Source: Planctomycetaceae bacterium (GTDB lineage Bacteria > Planctomycetota > Planctomycetia > Pirellulales > Thermoguttaceae). Taken from it: a stretch of 14,292 nt of DNA. This document shows positions 1-6,300 of the stretch, one piece after another. The DNA is taken from contig JAITIZ010000069.1 in NCBI GenBank assembly GCA_031279215.1, forward strand, positions 1 to 14,292, given 5' to 3'. Position numbers and translations under genes: made by a program. The notes beneath the pieces were generated by a model that saw nothing but the letters and a program-made list of their open reading frames with translations, did not search any database and was not told the origin of the DNA. The first letter of the stretch is position 1. Every line of letters begins with the position of its first letter.

Positions 1-331
1 TTCCCAACGATTTTTGTACTTCTATTAATACCTTACGAAACTCACCCTCTTGAGTCAGAATTGTTGCCATAAAGTCAACTCGGTAAATCGAATAGGGTAC
101 CGGCTTGTTGTCTTTGGGGGTTGTCTCATTTTCGTTTTCGTCATTCTTCTTTGTATGTGTAAACTCTTGCGGAAGAACATCTACTGCCGTAACCTGTTGA
201 CCGAGTATTGTACTCAAGAAAAATTTTACTATCTTCAGGTTCTCCATCAACCTTTTAAATACCGTATCATATATCGGATTTGCGATGATAAGCGGTTTTA
301 ATTCTGTTTGTTCTTTTTCGTTTGATCTCAT
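1..331 (-). CDS. PD-(D/E)XK nuclease-family transposase-like protein (Rpn/YhgA-like), N-terminal portion; gene continues beyond the window start
   Basis: Minus-strand ATG at 331-329 opens an ORF that runs off the window start. My hand translation is MRSNEKEQTELKPLIIANPIYDTVFKRLMENLKIVKFFLSTILGQQVTAVDVLPQEF...YSIYRVDFMATILTQEGEFRKVLIEVQKSLG. The spacing of D-x-x-FK-x-L, FL-x-x-x-L, D(V/I) and the (I/L)IE(V/M)Q block is characteristic of the YhgA/Rpn-like putative transposase family. The listed plus-strand ORF 50-301 lies antisense to it and is probably spurious. No terminal inverted repeats are visible inside the window. Confidence 0.5.
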   Translation of the reverse strand, partial: MRSNEKEQTELKPLIIANPIYDTVFKRLMENLKIVKFFLSTILGQQVTAVDVLPQEFTHTKKNDENENETTPKDNKPVPYSIYRVDFMATILTQEGEFRKVLIEVQKSLG

Positions 332-372
332 AAGATATTCTAATGTTTTATTTTGTTGCAATTTATATTTAA

Positions 373-2064
373 TCAATTAGGGTTTGGTTCTTTTGGTTGT
401 GGGGTTGGTGTTTCTGGTTCATTGACTCCGGCGATTTTCGCCAACGTTTCAGGAAATTCAATTCCGCCCACTTCTTTCATCACCTGCAAAATCGGCGGTA
501 ATGTCCTTGCCATATTTTGCAAAAAGCCTGCGGTTGCCGATTGTCCGCCGTCCTTTGCTCCGCCATCCCAAACGATAATCTTGTCAAATTTAATATTTGA
601 AATTGCTTGCGACGATGCTTCAATCAGATTATCAAAGTGTTCCAGCATAAGAAGTTGGAAGGCTTTTTCTGCTCCGCCGCACGCGTCAATAATCCGTTGC
701 AGTCCTTCGCCTTTTTTGGCTAAAATCTCAAAATTTCCGCGTGCTTCGGCTTCAAGTTTTGCAAAGATTGCTTTTGCTTCGCCTTCTGCTTCGATGCGCC
801 GTTGCTCGGCAAGCGCTTCCGCTTCAACAATTGTTCGTGCTTTTTGTGCTTTGGCGGGGGCTTCAAATTCTGCGCGTTGTTTTGCTTCCATCAACTGTGC
901 TTCCGCTTGTGCTGCTTTGGTTTGGGCGAGATATTGAGCTTCAAGAACTGCTGCTTCTGCTTCGCGTTTTTTTGTTTCACCCAACTTAAATGCTTCTGCT
1001 TGTTTAACTTGCAACTCTGCTTGAGATGCTGCGATAACCGCTTGGGCTTTATTTTCACCTTCAACTGAAGTGGCATTGGCATCCGCTTGCCGGACATTTA
1101 ATTCGGCTTGCGAAACGGCAACCACTGCTTTGGCACGGTTTTCACCTTCTACTGCGGCAGCATTTGCTTCGGCGGTTTGAACGCGCATATCTCGTTCTGA
1201 TTGTTTAACTTGCGCCTCACAAAGAAAGGATGCAGTTTGTTCGCCCACGGTTTGTTCTTTTCTCAAATCGGCAACCTTGATTGCTTGATCCCGTGTCAAC
1301 TCTGCTAATTTAACTTCTTTATCCCGTTCTGCTTCACGTGTTCCGATCATCTGCACCTTCACCGCATTCGCAACACTAATTGCTTTTGCCTGTTCCGCTT
1401 CGGCAACACGAATTTCCCCCATCTTTTCGTTGTCGGCGACATCACCGCGTGCTTTTTGAATTGCTTCCGATGCCGCTTTGCGCCCAATCGCTTCAATATA
1501 GCCGCTCTCGTCCGTAATATCCGTAATATTAACATTGATCAGCACCAACCCGATTTTACGCAACTCCGGATCAAGCGAAGTCGTAATATTGACCAAAAAT
1601 GTTTCGCGGTCACGGTTGATTTCTTCGATGTGCATGGAGGCAATTACTTGACGAAGTTGTCCGAAAATAATATCTTCGGCTTGTTTCGCAATCTGGATTT
1701 TTGTTAAGCCAAGAAGCCGAACCGCAGCATTTTGCATTTGTTCGGGTGTTGTCCCAATAGCAACCGTGAACACACTGGGGACATTGACACGGATGTTTTC
1801 CATCGACAACGCCCCGCGTAACGGTATTTCAATCTGCATTGGTTCAAGACTCAAATAGGCGTAATCCTGAATCACTGGATAAATAAACCGCGCACCGCCA
1901 TGAACACAAATAGAGGTTTGCCCTTTACCGCTCTTGCCGTAAACAACAAGAATCCGGTTACTCGGACAACGACGATAACGCTTGATAATCAATACAAAAA
2001 TAGAAAGAAGTAAGACCGCAAATAATACGGTACCAAGTGTCAGTACAGCATAAAAATTGTCCAT
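373..2064 (-). CDS. Flotillin-family SPFH/band-7 domain membrane protein (YqiK/FloT-like)
   Basis: 563-aa ORF. It has an N-terminal hydrophobic helix (AVLTLGTVLFAVLLLSIFVLII), an SPFH-like core (RILVVYGKSGKG...IYPVIQDYAYLSLEPMQIEIP...) and a long C-terminal Ala/Glu/Gln-rich coiled-coil with EA-type repeats (AEANAAAVEGENRAKAV...SQAELNVRQADANATSVEGENKAQAV...), as in bacterial flotillins. GC content is higher than in neighbouring genes. Antisense ORFs 353-937, 741-989, 802-1068, 891-1097 and 1456-1707 are artefacts of the repetitive Ala/Glu codons. Confidence 0.85.
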   Translation of the reverse strand: MDNFYAVLTLGTVLFAVLLLSIFVLIIKRYRRCPSNRILVVYGKSGKGQTSICVHGGARFIYPVIQDYAYLSLEPMQIEIPLRGALSMENIRVNVPSVFTVAIGTTPEQMQNAAVRLLGLTKIQIAKQAEDIIFGQLRQVIASMHIEEINRDRETFLVNITTSLDPELRKIGLVLINVNITDITDESGYIEAIGRKAASEAIQKARGDVADNEKMGEIRVAEAEQAKAISVANAVKVQMIGTREAERDKEVKLAELTRDQAIKVADLRKEQTVGEQTASFLCEAQVKQSERDMRVQTAEANAAAVEGENRAKAVVAVSQAELNVRQADANATSVEGENKAQAVIAASQAELQVKQAEAFKLGETKKREAEAAVLEAQYLAQTKAAQAEAQLMEAKQRAEFEAPAKAQKARTIVEAEALAEQRRIEAEGEAKAIFAKLEAEARGNFEILAKKGEGLQRIIDACGGAEKAFQLLMLEHFDNLIEASSQAISNIKFDKIIVWDGGAKDGGQSATAGFLQNMARTLPPILQVMKEVGGIEFPETLAKIAGVNEPETPTPQPKEPNPN

Positions 2065-2192
2065 AATAGTAATTGTTGTTAAAAATTATTAAAAATTGTT
2101 AAAAAAGGTAAAACGGTTATCAATTGTTTTTGATGTTTCCGTCTTTGTTTGTTATTTCCGTAATATTAGCATTGACTAACACTAAAGGGAAT

Positions 2193-2203
2193 TTCTAAAA
2201 ACC
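2193..2203 (-). promoter_or_regulatory. Copy 1 of conserved 11-mer GGTTTTTAGAA (read on minus strand), ~130 bp upstream of the flotillin start
   Basis: The plus strand reads TTCTAAAAACC at 2193-2203, which is GGTTTTTAGAA on the minus strand. That is the same orientation as the downstream flotillin gene. The identical 11-mer occurs at 8426-8436 and 10771-10781 upstream of the two peptidase-like genes. Confidence 0.3.
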
Positions 2204-2283
2204 GAGTTAGCGGCGGGGTTTACCCCGCGCTTTGTGCCTAACATTCAACTGGGCGGGGCAAGCCCGCGCCGTTAACTCTCGGT
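2201..2283. repeat. GC-rich composite palindromic element (REP/MITE-like or structured terminator/5'UTR element)
   Basis: Outer imperfect inverted arms ACCGAGTTAGCGGCG (2201-2215) and CGCCGTTAACTCTCGGT (2267-2283) enclose two GC hairpins. The first is GCGGGG-TTTA-CCCCGC (2213-2228). The second is GCGGG-GCAAG-CCCGC (2253-2267). The element is strikingly GC-rich against AT-rich surroundings. It sits exactly where homology of the flotillin paralog remnant ends. Confidence 0.5.
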
Positions 2284-2299
2284 AAAACTCCAGTAATCA

Positions 2300-2647
2300 C
2301 ATAGCGGCGTTTTGCATTTATTCGGGTGTTGTCCCAACGGCAGCCGTAAACACCTCTTGCACAGGAACACGATTTTTTTCCTTTGACAACTCCCCGCTTA
2401 ACGAAATCTCAATCCGTATTGGTTCAAGATTTAGATAAGTATAATCTTGAATGACAGGAAAAACAAACCATGTGCCGCCATAAACGCAAGTAAATTGTTA
2501 ATTTTTTCTGTTTTTACCATAAATAACAAGAATCCGGTTGCTAGGGCAACACCGGTAACATTTGATAATTAGGATAAAAAGCGAAAAAATAATCACCGCC
2601 TGTATTGCGGCAATAATAATAAGTACAGTAAAAAATGTATTACCCAT
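2300..2647 (-). pseudogene. Remnant of a second flotillin paralog (N-terminal ~115 codons, two in-frame nonsense codons, 3' part missing)
   Basis: Minus-strand ATG at 2647. My translation is MGNTFFTVLIIIAAIQAVIIFSLFILIIKCYRCCPSNRILVIYGKNRKN*QFTCVYGGTWFVFPVIQDYTYLNLEPIRIEISLSGELSKEKNRVPVQEVFTAAVGTTPE*MQNAAM*. It is collinear and in frame with the intact flotillin N-terminus (…IIKRYRRCPSNRILVVYGKSGKGQTSICVHGG…IYPVIQDYAYLSLEPMQIEIP…AIGTTPEQMQNAAV). Both stops are TAA where the intact gene has CAA (Gln). Nucleotide similarity to 1729-2064 is roughly 70-75% by eye, not computed. Homology stops at ~2300, where the GC-rich palindrome begins. Confidence 0.65.
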
Positions 2648-2689
2648 GATAGTGAAATATGAGTAAAATCGGGTAAATGGGATGGTGCC

Positions 2690-2796
2690 ATTTGTAGCCC
2701 TACAATAGGTAAATGTAGTTCTACAATTGGCAATTGTAGCTCTACAATTGGTAATTGTAGTTCTACAATTGGTTAATGTAGTTCTACAAATTGGCG
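2690..2796. repeat. Five tandem ~21-bp repeats, each containing the palindrome TTGTAG-NN-CTACAA (candidate operator/iteron array)
   Basis: The five units are ATTTGTAGCCCTACAATAGGTA, AATGTAGTTCTACAATTGGC, AATTGTAGCTCTACAATTGGT, AATTGTAGTTCTACAATTGGTT and AATGTAGTTCTACAAATTGGCG. The period is 20-22 bp, about two helical turns. Each unit has a 14-bp dyad core. The array lies 43-150 bp upstream of the start of the decayed flotillin paralog (minus strand) and ~550 bp upstream of the autotransporter gene (plus strand). Confidence 0.8.
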
Positions 2797-2855
2797 ATAT
2801 TGAAAGGTTTTTTGGCTGATTTTCTGTGATTTCTTAACATTGGTAGGCAATATTT

Positions 2856-2967
2856 CGCTGAAACGTTGTACCGGTTGGGTTTGTTATTGTGTTATATGCG
2901 TTTGTTTTTTCATTTCCGTCCATCAACAGGGTCAAGCCGGCGAGTAGGCTGACGCAATGTTTCAGCG
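2856..2967. repeat. Inverted repeat with 13-bp arms (12/13 match) ~86 bp apart in the long intergenic region
   Basis: CGCTGAAACGTTG at 2856-2868 pairs with CAATGTTTCAGCG at 2955-2967. The reverse complement of the left arm is CAACGTTTCAGCG. Its significance is unknown. Confidence 0.3.
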
Positions 2968-3259
2968 GAACATCACCTGCCTCTGGATAATTCACGTGAA
3001 CAATAACCCTCAAAATGCCGAAATCACCAGAAAATTTTTAACCATTTTAACAGCCAGTCTGGGAATACTAGGAAAAATAAAATCGTGCTGCTGAATAATT
3101 ACTTTGAATTAGTATAGATTAACAAAACGGATTGGTCAAAAAAATGATTTATTTGGATAAAAAATGCAGTTTCTTGTAAAGTTTTGTCCAGAAAGTAGTA
3201 CGAAAATATCGATAATTCGGAATGAGCCTGTTTATAGACATACTCCGTCTTTGATGATC

Positions 3260-3289
3260 TTGACGAGATTGGGGAAGATTATGTAAATA
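3260..3289 (+). promoter_or_regulatory. Candidate sigma70-like promoter for the autotransporter gene (TTGACG-N17/18-TAAATA)
   Basis: TTGACG at 3260-3265 and TAAATA at 3284-3289 have appropriate spacing. The predicted transcription start falls near 3296-3300. That would favour the ATG at 3341, preceded by AAGGA at 3331-3335, as the true start rather than the ATG at 3296. This is a pure motif match in AT-rich DNA, and the host's promoter consensus is unknown. Confidence 0.2.
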
Positions 3290-3340
3290 TGGAAAATGGG
3301 TAAAAACAACCGGTTTACCCTTCGGTTCGAAAGGACAAGC

Positions 3341-6300
3341 ATGCAACGTATTAAGAATAAGAAGACCACAAAAAGCACCGAATTGGCAAAAGATATTGAT
3401 TCGCTTTGGAAAGAATACCGGTCAGGAATACGGTTCAACCTGACATGCGTTTACTTGAAAGCGGTTTTATTATGCTTTGTCTTGGTTTCATTTCTGCTTT
3501 GTCCGGTAACGTATGCTCAAGATGTTCTGGATGATCTCAATAATCCGCAATCTACTCAGGTTAATATTCGGAATAACGATAATGAAATTGTGTTCCGGCT
3601 TGATTTTTACGATGATTTTTCTCAGGCACAAATCAGTGCGATTACGGAAGCGGCGAGGTATTGGGTGGACATGCTCAAGGCAAACGGAACGATGCCGTTT
3701 GTTCTTGATGCCGAAGGAAACAAAGTCGCCAGTCTGGACAATAACGGTAATCCAATACTCGATACCGCTGGAAATCCGACTTATCAACGTCAACCGGTTG
3801 TCATTAGTATTTTTTCCGACGATACCCTTGAGGGAAACGCTAACGCTATGACCAACGGTTATGTTGTGAGTAAGATTGACCAATATAATCTTGATCTTGC
3901 TCAGGCGTTACTTACGGACGGTGTTTATGTTGATACGGTTAGTGGGGGACATGCAACGATTAATGTCGGTTCCGGTTGGAATGCCGTATCCGGCAATCAA
4001 TCTCAAAGCGGAAGAGTTGCCAATGATTTGACACCGGTATTGATTCATGAAATGGGTCATGCATTGGGAATTGCAAACAGCGCAACCAATGAAATCGACC
4101 CTATCACTGGAGTCATTACATGGGAATTCCCTGATACTCTTTCCCGATACGATTCCCGATTACGTGACAATAACGGTAATTCGGCAAGTGTCCGGCCAGA
4201 ACAATCAGGAAAAGAAATCGGTTACGATGATACCGCCAACCATAAGAACGCAAGTACGATTTTTGATATGGGTGACCCGCTCACTCCGTATTTAAAAGGC
4301 AATCCGTCACATCCTACCTTTGTTGGTAAAAACACACTCGAATTATGGTATGGGAAATCCGTCAGTCAATTAAGCAATCTTGAAAAGAACAGCGGAGTAC
4401 CGGTTACGGGGTATATGTATGGTCTCGGCTGGAATTATCCTTATCTTCCTATTCAATGGTATTACGAACCTAGCGGATCATTGTCCCATATTGATACAAC
4501 CAATTCGTTAATGAGTTGGCAGGAATACCGTAACTACCCTGGTTTTATCGAAATCGAAATGGCAGTGATGCAGGACATCGGTTACACTGTTGAACGCCGT
4601 AACTTTTTTGGAAAATCGTTTTACGCCAACGGTGACGGAACGCCGTTTTATAATTCCGCAACATTCGGCTATTGGGATGCAGCACTCCAAAGTTACGACA
4701 TGTCGCGTCCCAACCTTAGTTCCTACGCAATGGGGGCGCATCTTTTCGCGAAGGATTTGAATGTGATTCAAACCGGTTCCATTTGGGCAAACGGTCCCGG
4801 AAGTGCGGGTATTCGGATTGACGGTTCGAACAACAAATTAACTCTTGCCAGAGGAACAAGTGTTTACACGGACGGTCTCAACGGTATTGGTATTCTAGCG
4901 GCTTACGGTAAAAATCATTCCATCATTCTTCAAGAAGGAAGTTACGTTCACGCAACAGGTCAAGGCGGTATTGGAGTTAGTTTTAACTTTGGGAAAGATT
5001 TATTTGGAAGTGATCGCGGCTCTTATTATTATGCTCTTCTCCCTGTTGCAACCGACTCAACTCTTGGCATGCTGTATTATGATTATACCCTTCTGGAAGA
5101 ATTAAACGGACCTCTCGTCAAAACATTCGATATTTCCGGCAGTATCACCGGAAGCCGTTCCCATGAAATCGTAACAATACAACCGCAGCAGGCTGATCCT
5201 AAAGCATTATATGAAACCAGCCGCCGTTTTGTATTCGGGGCTGGTGTGTACATTGACGGTACGGCGCAGGTTGATAGTATCAATATTATGAATGGAGCGA
5301 AAATTGACGGTAATATTCTTTCGTTCCACATTGATGCGCCGATACAACAAAATTTAAGTGAATCCGGCGGAGAACAGACCGATTCCACGACCACAACCAC
5401 GAATATACCTCCGCAGTTGAATCTTCGTACCGAGATTACATTTGGTTACAAAGCCGATGCCAATGGTGCCGCAACAACACAAATCGACAATGATTTCAAT
5501 TTTACGTTCAAGGATAATATCAATTATTTCCGTTATGAAGTCATTCCGAACATTCTTTATCTTGATTCTGAACGGGTAATTATTTCGCCTAGTACCGCCA
5601 ACAGTGATCCGAAATTGAAAGAGGCTCTTGAACAGATGGGAGTTACCATCAATGCACAAGGCAATATGATAGATATTCCGGTTGGTAATGCGCAAGCAAC
5701 ATTTTATTCGAATGAGGAAACGACAGGAGGTATCAAAGGTCTCGGCGAAGATGAAGGTGAAGGTGAAGGCGAAGGTGAAGGGGAAGGTGAAGTAGAAGGG
5801 GAGACAGAGGTAGAAGGTGAAACAGAAATCGGAGGCGAAACAGAAGGTGAGACAACAGAAGTGAATCGTCTAGGAAAAGAACAAGGATATGTGGTTAATC
5901 CGTCCTATAATCTTGATGATTCCTATTGGCATGCTGTTATTCAGAACGATGGTTTCACAGATTATCAGTTTGGCGGCGATATTAGCGCAACAATCATCAA
6001 ACTTGGGGATGGTAAAGTTTATGCGGATATTGTTACTCCGGGGGCGGACACTACGGAATTACATCTTGTCGGCGGAACAACCGAGTTTCTGGGCAATACC
6101 ATTTATGCTAAAAATTTGACCATTGACCGCGCAGCAACTCTGCTTTTGACTCCGGCTATTCCCAGTGATGTCAGTTCGACAATCAAGGTTAAGGTCGTTG
6201 ATTCTAACGGCAATCCTTATTTAGATGCGAATGGTAATCCTCTTGTTGACGAAAATGGTGAACCTTTTGAAATCGAATGTTTATTATCGCCGCTTGCAAA

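Noticed and set aside
50-301. Plus-strand ORF of 83 aa
   Set aside because: It is antisense to a much better supported minus-strand ORF (Rpn/YhgA-like) that runs off the window. Its product is Cys/Leu-rich with no recognisable features.
353-1707. Plus-strand ORFs 353-937, 741-989, 802-1068 and 1456-1707, and minus-strand ORF 891-1097, overlapping the flotillin gene
   Set aside because: They are low-complexity Ala/Ser/Leu/Cys-rich translations of the strand complementary to the flotillin coiled-coil codons. They lie entirely inside a well-supported CDS and show no start context or domain features.
2201-2283. Possibility that the GC-rich hairpin cluster is a tRNA or other known structured RNA
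   Set aside because: There is no cloverleaf arrangement and no T-loop GTTCGAATC-type motif or acceptor/anticodon stem spacing. The architecture, two small hairpins inside an outer inverted repeat, fits REP/MITE-like elements better.
2690-2796. Possibility that the tandem repeats are a CRISPR array
   Set aside because: The units are contiguous with no spacers. The repeat length, ~21 bp with an internal perfect palindrome, fits operator or iteron-type repeats rather than CRISPR repeats. No cas genes are present.
3149-3438. Minus-strand ORFs 3149-3346 and 3232-3438 overlapping the start region of the autotransporter gene
   Set aside because: They are short, overlap the 5' end and putative promoter of a 1.67-kaa ORF on the other strand, and show no signal or domain features.
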